Assembly: GCF_001194135.2 (NCBI RefSeq)
Contig: NC_069003.1
Coordinates: 20,120,049 to 20,184,048, forward strand
Direction of reading: 5' to 3'
From: Octopus bimaculoides
Taxonomy: Eukaryota
Length of the DNA stretch: 64,000 bases
Shown here: positions 24,635-37,045 of the stretch, piece by piece
Position numbering within the stretch: the first letter of the stretch is position 1
Layout of the letters: each line of letters begins with the position of its first letter
Translations under genes and position numbers: made by a program
Notes under the pieces: model-generated
Told to the model about the DNA's origin: nothing
The model's database searches: none
What the model saw: only the letters and a program-made list of their open reading frames with translations

Positions 24635-25482
24635 CTGGAATAAATTGAAATATATAACTATATCAGAAGAAATAAGATACATCAATACATGAAATAACAC
24701 TGTGTAACATGGTTTTTGTCCTTGGGGAGTAACTGTTATTTCCTATTTGCTTACCCCTAGAAAGTATGAAAAACGGCTGATATTTCCTTCAAATTTTGCT
24801 TTTGTTACATTTATTCAAACCCCAAAGAATATTTCTCAATACATGGCTAAGATGCTCCCCCATTACTCCTGCTCATGATCAGAGATGCACATATTGTCAG
24901 CCATTAAAGGACATGCCCAAGTGGTTAATGTCAAGCAACTGACCAGCAAATCTGTGGTATTGAGCAGAATATTTGCTATAACAAGATTTCTGCTTCAGCA
25001 ACTCAGCACTGAATCTGTCTGAAATGTAATGGAAAGTAGGTCAGTTTCAAAACATTGATGTCCAGGTCACAAAAGCAAAGTTTGAAGGGAATAGTAGTCA
25101 TTTCCTTTGGTTTCTAGATAGAAGCAAAGAGGAAATAACACTTACTCACCAAAGATAAAAACAAAGATTAAAATTTTGTTACACAGTATGCAAGCTGGCA
25201 GAATGGTTAGCACATTGAACGAAATGCTTGGTGGCACTTTTTCTGGCTCTTTATCTTCTGAATTCAAATCCAGCCAAGGTCAAATTTGCCTTTCATAACT
25301 TTGGGATCAATAAAATGAAGTACCAGTCCAATACTGGGGCTGATATAATTGATTTGTCACCTCCCTTCAGAATTACTGGCCTTGAACCTTGTAACTGATC
25401 AGCATCCCATTTAGAGAAAATATCGTGATACCAGTCACTTAATATGCCATGAAACCTAGGTTGTTACCTTATGGGTCCTATA

Positions 25483-26737
25483 AGGATGGGCTGAAAAGTT
25501 CATAGGCTGACTATGAAGGAGTGATACTAGAACTGTGAAATTTTGCATGCTCTAATTTCAACTCTTCTTATTAATGACTGCATTGTTTCTCTCCAGGTAA
25601 ACTGACATCTCACTGTTCAAAGAAGGCTTCAAAAGTAACTAGTTGTGATTTCTCTTGAAAATGGGGGAGGTTTGGCACTATGATGTTATCAAGTATCTGC
25701 AGAAAATGGGTTTAGTCCCCAAGGACATTAATGCTGACATGATTGCTACATTAGGGGATGACACCCCAGCATTATCAACAGTGCAAAAGTGAGCAGCTGC
25801 ATTTAGGAGAGGAAAAGAGGGTCATTAAGATGACCCAAGGTCTGGATGTCCTGCAACTGCTACAACCAAGGAAAATATTGATCATGTTCACCACTGATGA
25901 ATGACAGGCAATTGAGTATAAATCGAATAGCCAATGTTAATATATCTTGTGCGAGAGTTGAGAATATTCTGCACAATTAACTTGGCATGGCAAAGGTTTC
26001 TGTTTGGTGGGTGCCATGTCTTCTGACAGCTGATGAAAAGTGCACCAGGCTGATCACATCAGGGGAAAATCTGACATTGTTTGAGGTAGATCCAGCTGGT
26101 TTCTTTGAATGTTTCCTCTGCCAATGGCTTCATCACTTTGAGTCAGACACAAAGACAATCCCTCTTCACCTGCTCCAATGAAGGCCAAGACCATTTTATC
26201 TGCAGGCAAGGTGATGGCCTCAGTTTTTGGGATGCAAAATGCATTGTATTTATTGAATTATTTCTAAAGGGCCACACTATCAATGAAAAGTACTATGCCA
26301 ACTTTCTGAGGCAGTTATGAAAGGCTATCAAGACTAAATGCCCAGGAAAACTGACAAAAGGGGTTTTGTTTCATCAGGACAATTCTTCAGCACATAAGTC
26401 CTTGGTTTCAATGGCTGCTGCGCATGTCTGTGGCTTTGAACTAGTTGATCATCATCCCTATTCTGATTTGGTCCCATCTGACTTATCATCTGTTCCCCAA
26501 TATAAAAAAAATGCTTGGCTGGGAACCATTGTTGCAGTGATGATGATGTCATATCTGCAGTTAATGACTTTTCTGACTAACAGGATGAAAGCTTCTTCAC
26601 CAATGGGATCGAAGCCTTGCAACACCGATGAAAGAAGTGTATGGACTGCAAGGAAGACTATGTTGAAAATAGACCTAATTTGGTCATGTTCCCTGAGAGT
26701 ATCTTTGTCAGCCTATGAACTTTTTAGTTGACCCTTG
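25483..26737 (+). mobile_element. Near-full-length decayed mariner
   Basis: TIRs, WVPCLLT, FHQDNSSAH and YSDLVPSD motifs, with stops and frameshifts. Confidence 0.88.
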
Positions 26738-27046
26738 CAGAGATGAAGAAAGATTTAAAAAATACATGATGATTGATAGAAAATGAGAAATTGTATACAA
26801 TGATTATTCTTTGGCTTTGGAAAGTTACATTGAGGCAAGCATCTTTTTTACTAGTTTCAGTCATAAGACTGTGGCAATGGTAGGGCATTGCCCTGAAGGA
26901 TTTTAGTCATATAAATCAACCCCAATGTTTTTTAAGCCTAGAATTTATTCTATTGGTCTCCTTTGCCAAACCATTAAGTTACAGGAGCTTAAGCACTCCA
27001 ATACTACTTGTCAAGCAGTGGTGGGGAACAAACAGACACAGACACA

Positions 27047-27129
<83 letters not shown>

Positions 27130-27521
27130 TTCCATCTGCCAAATTCACTCACAAGGCTTTGGTTGGTCTGAGGTTATAGTAGAAGAGATTTGTCCAAGAT
27201 TCCATGCAGTACGACTGAATCTGGAACCACACAGCCAAACCTACCTTGCATGGCTGTACTGTTAACAATTTCACATCTGATCCATGCGGTTAGGGATTTG
27301 GTCCTACTGTCTGAATGTTGCCAGCTAGTGATTTATACCAGTAACTCCTAACCTTCTTTTAGCTCATGCCCTTCCCTGCATTGAATCTTGAATATTTCTG
27401 TGCTCCCCACTCTCCATGGCACTGTTAATGTAAATAGTACTTCAATTTTGTGTCATATGGTTAATAGTAGAAACTGGTCTCTTTTAAAAAGAATTTTAAA
27501 TCTTTAACAAAATTTGTAAAA

Positions 27522-27527
27522 TTTATT
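27522..27527 (-). promoter_or_regulatory. Candidate polyadenylation signal (AATAAA) for exon 3a
   Basis: tttatt on + strand = AATAAA on - strand, about 70 nt past the 3a stop codon. Confidence 0.5.
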
Positions 27528-27597
27528 AAATAATAACAAAATTTTAGACAGCTGAGTGGTTGAGAAACATTGCATTGTTTCTTGTAACCCCATTTTT

Positions 27598-27863
27598 TCA
27601 CCACCCCCATCCATTACCCTGGATACGCATGTCATTGGCTAGATTCAAATATTCATCACGTGTTTTATTAAAATACCATTCTTCCATGCAAGCATATGCT
27701 AAGTTTTCCTCAAATTTATTTGCGAAAATATGCTCTTTTAATATAACATATTTAAGATCTTGAAGCCCCAAAATGCATACACTGTGTTTATAAGATCCAG
27801 AACATAGATTTTCTCCCTTCCAGGCAACAAATTTTGCTAATTTGTAAAGGTGAGAATGTGTAC
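27598..27863 (-). CDS. GCNT-family terminal exon 3a (proximal): THSHLYKLAKFVAWKGENLCSGSYKHSVCILGLQDLKYVILKEHIFANKFEENLAYACMEEWYFNKTRDEYLNLANDMRIQGNGWGW*
   Basis: ttcttccag acceptor, phase 1 in (matches exon 2); open frame to TGA; W...C.G....C..G..DL...FANKF...C motifs; AATAAA about 70 nt downstream. Confidence 0.88.
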
Positions 27864-28250
27864 CTGGAAGAAATTAAAGAGATACACAAATCAGGAGAAA
27901 TAAGATAAATCAATACATGAAATAAATCAATAGATAAATAAGAAATTGTTTAATTACTCTAATTATTCTTTGATTTCATATAGTCATATTAGTGCAGGCA
28001 TGGGTGTATCATTATGAAATTCAACTTCTGATCTATGTGGTTTGGTCCTGCTGTGTGAAAGTTGTTGGGCAATAATCCAAACTATAGCTATGGGGATCAA
28101 CCACTAATATCTTGTGGGTGTAATTGATAAACAGAATCTGAAGCCTTTCTGTGTGTGTGTGTATGTGTGTGTGCATGCGCGAATGTATGTGTGTGTGTGT
28201 GTATGTATGTGTGAATCTGCATGTCTGTGTGCGTGAATGTATGTGTGAAT

Positions 28251-28293
<43 letters not shown>

Positions 28294-28646
28294 TGTGTAT
28301 CTTCTCTATCTTATTATTTACTTGTTTCAGTCATTAGACTATGGCCACATTGGGTCACCTCATTGAAGAATTTTAGTCACACAGCTCAGCCCCAGTACTT
28401 ATTTTTTTAAACCTTGTACTTATTATTCTATCATTCTCTTTTGATGAACAGCGAAGCTATAGCGACATAAACACACCAGCTGTCAAGCAATGGTGGAGAA
28501 CACACATACACACACAAAGTGGGTCAGAACCTGGGTTTCTGTGGTTGGGAAGCAAACTTCTTGTAACATAGCCACACTTACAAGTGGCTCGTTTGCAATT
28601 TACAACCGAAAGGCAGACTATATATACATACATACACACATAGATA

Positions 28647-28679
<33 letters not shown>

Positions 28680-28979
28680 ACACACACACACACATACATG
28701 CACACATTCACATCATCATCATTTAATGTCTTCCATGCTGACATGGGTTTGACAGGTTCTAATGCGCCAGAGGACTTCATCGGCCTCCAGTGTCTGCTTT
28801 GGCATAAGTTCTATGGTTGGATGCCATCCTCTCTACAGACCGTACTGGATGCTTTTTCATGGCATTTACACTGGTAAAGTCATCATGCATACACACACAC
28901 ACACACACACATCAGACTTATGACAGTCAGGATTCTTCTTACAACAGGACAGTATCCTATAATACATTTTCACAACCAG

Positions 28980-29450
28980 TGATGATTCCAACATTTCAGA
29001 TACTTGACTGGTCAGTAGTGGAAATCCACTCTGTAGACATTAAAACCCACAAGTTCCTGACACCAACTGGAAACTTCCATACAAACAGTGACATCAATAG
29101 GCTCTACCTAAGAAGAGATGAAGGAAGTAGGGGCCTGGGATCAGTGCAAACAGCCTTTGAATGTCATATTGTCTCTCTCGGACAACACCCTCTAAGCAAC
29201 AGCAGTAAAAGTAAATATGTTAACTTAATGCTGAAAGGCGGAGAGAACAACATTCTAGGTATTGACAGTGAGGTCAATAGAAAGTACTATCTTCCTAATT
29301 GACCTCACATACAACCCCAAAATAGCTGGACTAACATACTGCAAAGATGAACTGGAATACTGATGGAATACATCCATCGAAATTTCTATAGAAACAAACA
29401 CTATGCATGGGTATGTTTCCTGAAGAATATCAACATGAAATGCAGCCTCT
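28980..29450 (+). mobile_element. Non-LTR retrotransposon fragments (RLE/R4-like)
   Basis: DIKTHKFLT..GNFH.NSDINRLYLRRDEGSRGL, the conserved post-RT motif of this LINE group. Confidence 0.6.
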
Positions 29451-29993
29451 CTAGGACTCATGACTGCTACATCACATTACATTTTGAAGGCTAATCCAAG
29501 AACAGGAGATTTCTATAAAATACCCAGTAAACAGAACTTGGAGCTCCATGATGCAACTGAAAATGTAGATTATGTCATTTCTTTGGAAGACATCACACAT
29601 GTGAAAAACTTCCTCAAATATGTCATCAAGGTACAAAATGCCTGTGTGACACAATGTTGTTACCAAAACAATATACAATGCCATCCAAAAATAGACTGTC
29701 CTGGAATAGATATAGAGACCCACACACACACACACACACACATATACACATACACTGTTAATGAAAACATGCAAAAAGCCTCAACACAAAGAATACTGGT
29801 GGTACATTCCTCTCAAAACTTTTATCAAGTGTAAACATGGCAAGCCAGCTATTGTTGTTTGGGACAGACAATAAAAAATATGTACCACCAGAAAGGTCAA
29901 ATGCCCTGCTGATGTGAATATCTCATCAAAAATTAAAGCCTGCTTCAAAGCCTCCAGGTTATAAATTTACATTGGTGCACTTGATTTTGTGAG

Positions 29994-31550
29994 TTAATGC
30001 CTAAGGCCATATGCCTCCCGCAGGCAATCCTGCAATTCCAAGTCGGGGCTCCAAAAGGCAAACCTATATTGGTCCTTGGGAAAGGAGTCCATCACCCTGA
30101 ATATATCATCCTCCATTATGATCTCCGCAGTTACCTGCAGAGGCCAATCCAGGTCTTCAGTCCAGGACAGGACCCCCTCCTTCCGGCCCTCTAGCTTCTT
30201 CACAAAGCTCTGTACAGCCCCTCCCTTATGAAAGAAGATCACAAAATCATACTTCATTATAATGGGAAAGGCCACAGTTTCCTCCATCGGTGGCACAATT
30301 CCCACCAATGAGGTTTCAGGACATGCCAGCAGTGTACTACTAACTGCCAGCAATGTCCCATTCTTCATCTTCTTTATTTTCTCCCTTGTGCTATGGGAGG
30401 GTGTAGTTCCTCTGCTTTATCCAGAGGATCTTCCCTCTCTCCTGCAGCCTTGGGGTCCTTCGGTGGGCAACCGTTGTTGCCCACCTTCCTTTTTTTCCCT
30501 TTTTCAAGGAGGTCTCCACCTCCTCGACTGCCTCCATCTCTCCCTCCAAAGGAGGAGGGGGCGCTACTTTTATTAACTGCTCCAGGACCCTACTTTGGTC
30601 CTGGGGACAGTTCTTCTTAATATGGCTCAGTTCCAGGCATAAATGACACTTGGTGGAGGTGTTCCTCAAGTATCACTGGGTACCTGCAGCCAGCCATTTT
30701 CAAAAAATCTGGGAATACCAGATCTTTAGTGGCTGATTGGGTCCATAGGGTCAAAACTGCTTTTGACCCCAACCAGTCAGCCGCTGGCAACAATTTCACA
30801 TTTAAAAGCTTGGGCCCGCTGCCACCCAGATCCTGGCAGATAGTGTCCTCTATCCATTCCAGTTCAATGCCCACAGACCCAAGCTCTTGCTAATTTCTTC
30901 TCATAATATGTGAGAAGAAACAGAATCTTTTGCCCTTCTAAGAGCTGGCTCGCAAATTTGCAAGCCACCTCAGGGGTGTCAAATAGCAACCACACTGTTG
31001 CATATCTAACACCCCTGGAAATAAACTTAATAGTTGGCAGATATTCTGCCAACTCTTTTTCGATTTCTGCCTTAGGAAAGACCATGATGGTGTCGAGTGA
31101 CTTAGAATAAGTCCACAACACCACTGTTCTTTCCTCTAAGTTTTTCAACCATTGCTTGGGTGGGATGATTTCCTACTCCAACGCAGTGTTCATTTTCTTT
31201 GCCATGCTTTGAATAAGTTCAGTAAAAGTTCAGAAAAAACAACAAAAGTCCAAACAAAGTCGAAAAACAGTTTGAAGAAAGACAAAGAAGAGCAGAAAGA
31301 TAAAGAAGAGAAAAAGAAAGAAGGAAGACAGTTCAAAACATGGCAACACACAATTCTGGCCACCCAGTAATCCTGGTCAAAAGTATTCCAAAAAGGTATC
31401 TAAAAGTGAACAGGGATACAGCAGCAGGAACACAACTTCAAAAAATCTGCTACAAATTGGTAGAAATTCAGAAATTTTTCAAAAAAGATTTCACAATTTT
31501 TGGAGGCAGGATACGCCCCCAAAACAACACAATTCTCACAATTAAGTGAG
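29994..31550 (-). mobile_element. Decayed L1/Tx1-like ORF1 (gag-like, zinc knuckle)
   Basis: CHLCLELSHIKKNCP knuckle; RGVRYATVWLLFDTPEVACKF is homologous to the ORF1 at 51400-52990. Confidence 0.65.
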
Positions 31551-31676
31551 ACAAACTACTTACCACACTTACCAAACTACTTACCACACTGCCACACCTG
31601 CACCTACGTGTGTGTGTGTGTGTGATTATATATATATATANNNNNNNNNNNNNNNNNNNNNNNNNNNNNNNNNNNN

Positions 31677-32872
31677 TAGGTTGGCAACTAAGTTCCTGCT
31701 ATTTTTTTAAATTAAAATTTTTTAAAAGGTTTAATAAAAAAAATTACAACTAATTAATCAATAATGTATTCATCCTTGTTGTTTACAACTTCTTCCCAAA
31801 GTTCAACAAGATTTTCAATACCTCGTTGGTAGAAATCACCCAATTTCGACTCGAAAAATTGATCCAACCAAGCTCTCAATTCTGCATCAGTATTGAACGA
31901 CACTCTACGCATAACATTTGAAAAAGATCGAAACAGGTGTAAATCCATTGGTGCCAAATCAGGAGAGTATGGCGGGCATGGTGCCACTTCCCAGCCATGG
32001 CTTCCTTGGTCATATTGGTGATATGAGGGCAGGTGTTGTCGTGCAGCAGAACTCCATGCTGATGATTAGGTCTTTTCCCTTGAATAGCTGTATTGAGTCG
32101 TTCCATCTGTTGAACATAGAGTTCCGCATTGACCGTTTGGTTCCATTCAAGCAATTTGTAATGGATAATCCCTTTCCAGCCCCACCATATGCACAACATC
32201 GTGTTACGTGGATGAAGATCTTGTTTCATGTGTGGTGTCGTTTGTTTACTGGGGCTAAGCCATTCCTTATGCTGCTTCATATTAATGTACAGGAACCATT
32301 TTTTGTTGCCAGTTACAATTCAGTAAAGAAATCGTTGCTTGTGTACATGAGTTGAGTGGTGACAAGCAAGCAAACCAGCGAAGATTGTGGCTCGTTAATT
32401 TTTGTTGTTGTCACTTAAAGCATGCTCCATACTTCTGAACCTTTCCCAACGAGTAAAGATGCTTCTCTATAGCAGTGTGGGAGCATTCCATTTTCTTTAC
32501 CAGTTCCCTTGTTGTTTGATGAGAATTTTCGTGCAAAAGTTGGTTTAATCACTCTTCATTGAACTCAACTGGACAGCCAGAATGAGGTGCATCTTTGAGG
32601 CCAAAATTTCCATCTTTGAACTTGGCATACCAATCATGAGCGGTTCTTTCAGCTATGGCACCCTCTTCATACACAGCACAAATGTCGTGGGCAGCTTTTG
32701 CGGTCTTAGAACCGTGATTAAAAGCAAAAAGAAGAAGGTGTCGAAAATGCTCGTTTTTCTTAACTTGGTATTCCATTTTAATGATCTGAAAATAAACAAA
32801 AATTAACTAAAAATAACTAGAAAAAAAAGCAAAATAGATTCCAAAATGATTCAAAAATAGAATTCTCAGAAA
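31677..32872 (-). mobile_element. Decayed mariner element
   Basis: HFRHLLLFAFNHGSKTAKAAHDICAVY..., LLHDNTCPH, PPYSPDLAPMDLHLFRS. Confidence 0.9.
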
Positions 32873-32908
32873 NNNNNNNNNNTATATATATATATATATA
32901 TATATATA

Positions 32909-33640
32909 TTAGGGTGTCCAAAAAGTAATTGCATTTTTTCACTACTATGAAATAAGAATCAACCAATCATGTCAAAGCCAAGGTTGAATGGGTGGAAACT
33001 GTCTAGGAATAGTATATCAGCTTTCCTATGCAGAAGAGTGTCATTGATAGTTATTTCAGTAATTAATCCCTTGGAGGATAAGAACTTTAGGAAACAACAT
33101 ATTCCACAATGCTTACTGTATGAGTTTTGAGAGAAAAATACTGCTACAGAAGCAATAGAAAACATCTGGATGCAGTAAAAGCTCATAGATCTCAGCTGTG
33201 TTTTAAAAGGTTTAAAGATGGTGGTTGTGACATATCCGATAAGCCTTGTTCTGGAAGATGACCCACTCTGAATGATGAGCTTTTGAATGAGACTACTGTA
33301 TTGGATCCATGTCAAAGCACCAGAGATTTAGTGGGAAAATTTTAATGTGTCCATGTTTAAATATCCAAGAATATTTCAAGTAAATTGTGAAAACATGCAA
33401 AGAGGGAATTTGTGTTCCCCATGGGCTTATGCTTAAGAACCAAACACATTGTTCCACCATCTGCAGCAGTCTTCTAACCAAGATTAACAACCTGTCATTT
33501 CTGCAGCGGATTGTTACAGATGACGAAAAGTGGCTTTTGCATCACAACAGAAAAGGAAAAAGACAATGGTTATCATGTAATGAGAAGCCAATGCCAATTC
33601 CAAAACCAGAACTCCATTCACATAAATCCTTGCACTGTGT
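32909..33640 (+). mobile_element. Truncated decayed mariner
   Basis: TIR-like ttagggtgtccaaaaagtaattgc; CVPHGL, FLQRIVTDDEKW, KPELH. Confidence 0.75.
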
Positions 33641-33817
33641 CCCATCAAGTCAAGTGAAATCGTAGTTATGGTCAATGCCAGTGTCATGTAAAAAACATCT
33701 TTCAAGCATTGGGCCACATGGAGCCAATGTGGTCGATGCCTGTGTCATGTAACTAAACACCCATGCCAGTGTTGCATGACTAGCATCTGTGCCGGTGGCA
33801 TGTAAGAAGCACCTTTT

Positions 33818-34053
33818 GAGATATACTATTGACAATCCAATAATTTATTTATATTACAATATTACATTGAATACTATGAATATAATTTAACATAACATAA
33901 TATTATATAACATAAATAATTATAAAAACCAAGTTGGCCTTTTATGGTTTTTATAATTATTAATGTTTTATAATATTATGTTATGTTATATTAATAGTAT
34001 TTAAAGTAATATTGTAATATAAATAAATTATTTGATTGTCAATAGAATATCTC
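33818..34053. repeat. AT-rich long inverted repeat (about 110-bp arms, about 13-nt spacer)
   Basis: gagatatactattgacaatccaataatt...ataaaaacca / tggtttttat...attatttgattgtcaatagaatatctc. Confidence 0.88.
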
Positions 34054-34429
34054 TATATTCAATTTATCTTTATTATTGAATTATACCAATATTTATATGG
34101 TTTCCAACTGAAGTACCAGTGAATTGGATGTTTAACACACCCCTTTGAAGGATTGCTTTTTCTCAGTTTGTTACTCTCTCTCTCTCTCTCTCTCTAAGGT
34201 TTGGTCTGCCTGAGGCTATAGTAGAAGACACTTGCCTATATATATATATATATATATATGAGTGGATTTGGTAGACGAAAAGCAGCAAAAATATCAGAAT
34301 GTTTGGTTCTTAAGCATAAGCTAATGGGAAACAAATTCCCTCTTTGCATGTTTTCTTGATTTACTTGAGATGTATGTATGTATGTATGTATGTATGTATG
34401 CATGTACGTATGTGTGTATGTAATACATC

Positions 34430-35703
34430 AACAACAGTGCGTTTGACCACCACCTTTCTGAATTACTTCAAAGACATGATTTCATGCTCTCAATCAACTT
34501 CTGCTGCAGATCAAGTGGAAGCTCTTCCCAGGCCTTCTTTATTGCTGTTTTAAGTTCATCAACAGATGAATATTGCATACCTTCACTGTACCCAACATTT
34601 GTGAGATATCCCCAGGCATTCTCTATAGGATTAAGGTTGGAACTTCTTGTTGAGTTCAAACCCAATTGCATGGAGGAAATCCAAAGTTGCCTTTGCTTTA
34701 TGAATAGGGACACTGTCCTGTTGAAATATAAAGTTCTGGCCATGGAATTTCTTCCTTCTTCATCAATGTGAGCCCTGTCCAACATACCGATGTATCATGC
34801 AGCATTGAAACGGCCATCCATGATGACAAGTGGCAGCTTCCCATTGGTAGATATTGCTCCCCACACCATAAGACCTCTTTTGCTATTCAGTCACTTGGAA
34901 TAAATAGAAATTTGTATACATTTATCTGCCCAGTAATACTTATAACCATTGGGGTCATCCAACTTCCATTTCTTCTCATCAGAGAACACAACTCTGGTCT
35001 ATTCACTATCCCATGTCTGATGCTACCAAGCAAATACCAATCTAGCAGTTTTGTGGGAAGGGGACAATAGCGGATGTCCTAGCTGCTTCTTCAGGTAGAA
35101 ACCATTGTTCAGAATCACTCTTCTTATGGTGGATGTCAAGGCTCCTACTTCTGCTGATGCCTTCATTCTGGAAACAGAAGAGCAGCATGACTTCTTCACA
35201 GCTCTGACAATGGCCCTTTCATCCCTTTCTGATGTGGTCTTAGGACGTCCATCAACATGAACCCTGTTGTAGCTGTCAGGATCTTTCAGAAAATTGTCTA
35301 CTGGTATACTACTTCACTGAATCTTCTTGGCAATCTTCCAGTTACTCATTCCTTCCACTTTCAGTGAAAGAATCTTCCCTTGCTCAATTTCGGAAAGCTT
35401 CGTAGCTTTAGACATACTGGAAATATAACCTGAACCATGGAGATTACTGAATATTTTCTGAAACAATTTGGAAAGAAATGAAAATATATTAGTGGCTTTA
35501 TAGTTTTGAAGTGTTGATATGCTCGAGAAAATTAGAAAATCAGATGTTGTATTATGATAATAAAGATACAAGGTTTTCATTTCAATGTATTTATGAAATA
35601 CTCATTTACAATATATTATGCCCCTTAGTCCACTTAAATACAGAGCTAAATTTCTAAATAACTTTAAAAAACATATGGCTTTATAGTTTTGTTGCCATCC
35701 GGT
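34430..35703 (-). mobile_element. Decayed Tc1 element
   Basis: MSKATKLSEIEQGKILSL..., FSDEKKWKLDDPNGY, NLNPIENAWGYL, LIESMKSCL. Confidence 0.85.
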
Positions 35704-35779
35704 TTCACTAGTCCTCAGTCAAATCGTCCAACCCATGCTAGCATGGAAAGCGGATGTTAAACGATGATGATGATGATGA

Positions 35780-35820
<41 letters not shown>

Positions 35821-37045
35821 CCATAATCATTGAGTCTGACAAATTATACACACTACTTTGCCAACTAATAATTATAGATTAAATATTTTTCTACTCTGAG
35901 ACTCATCAGACATAGCTTCTTCTTGAACTTGTCTAACCCTGGGATAATAAACACATACACACACTCATATATGATGGGATCCCACACAGTTTCTGTTTAC
36001 TAAATTTTGTCATAAGACATTGATTGGTCTGGAACTATAGTAGAAGACACTTGCTCAAGGTGTTGCACCGTGTGGCTGAACCTGAAACCATGCAAGCTTT
36101 TTAACCATACATGTGCCTAGCTATAAAGGAATAGATTGGCCATTTATTGCAGCAGCTATCCACTAAATATATTTATGCTAAAATATGAATAAAATCATTC
36201 TTTGGAGTATTTAGAGAAAATTTGGCCAAAGAATTGAAGAACAAAGTTTTCATTTAAAATTCCTAATTCAGACACCTTTTACCTTTCACTTATTTCAGTA
36301 ATTAGACCCTTGCCATACCTTGAAGAATGTTTAGTCAAATGAATGGATCCCAGTGGTTTTTTTTTTTTTTTTTTTTCAAACCTGGTTCTTATTCTATTGG
36401 TCTCTTTTGCTGAACCACTAAATAGATAAACTTACCTGCATTTCAACAAGTTATCTGTAGAAGGCCAAAAACAGAGAGTAAACACAGAAATTTAGATATC
36501 GTTTTAGGGATTTCAAAGTAAAACTAAGAGAAATCAACATTATAATCCTTAAGGATTAAGATGCATAACCACAACCAAATTCTTCCAGAGAGAAAGAAAG
36601 AGAAAAAAATGAAAGAACCTAATACTCAACTACTACTGGATTATTTATCAATCCCTAAAGAATGAAAGGCAAAGCTGACTGCAGCAGAATTTGAATTTGT
36701 AATGCAGAGAGCTGGAACAAATGCTGCAAAGCATTCTGTCCACTACTCCAACATTTCCTCTCACTCACTCACTTACTTTTAGTAGTTGGGTCCTAAGTTG
36801 AATTACTACTATATGTAGTTTTTATTGAAATCCTTTCATTGACATAAAGTTATGCATTTTAAAGGAAGGGTACATCGATCAAATTAAGAACACTATTTGA
36901 TTGCTAGTTGATTTTATCAAACTCACAGGGATAAAAGGCAAAGTTGACTTCCGTGAGATTTGAACTCAGAACACAGTCCATATACAGCAAACACTTAGCA
37001 CTGCCCATTTCACCATAACAAATACAGTTTAAAAATTGAACTTAC

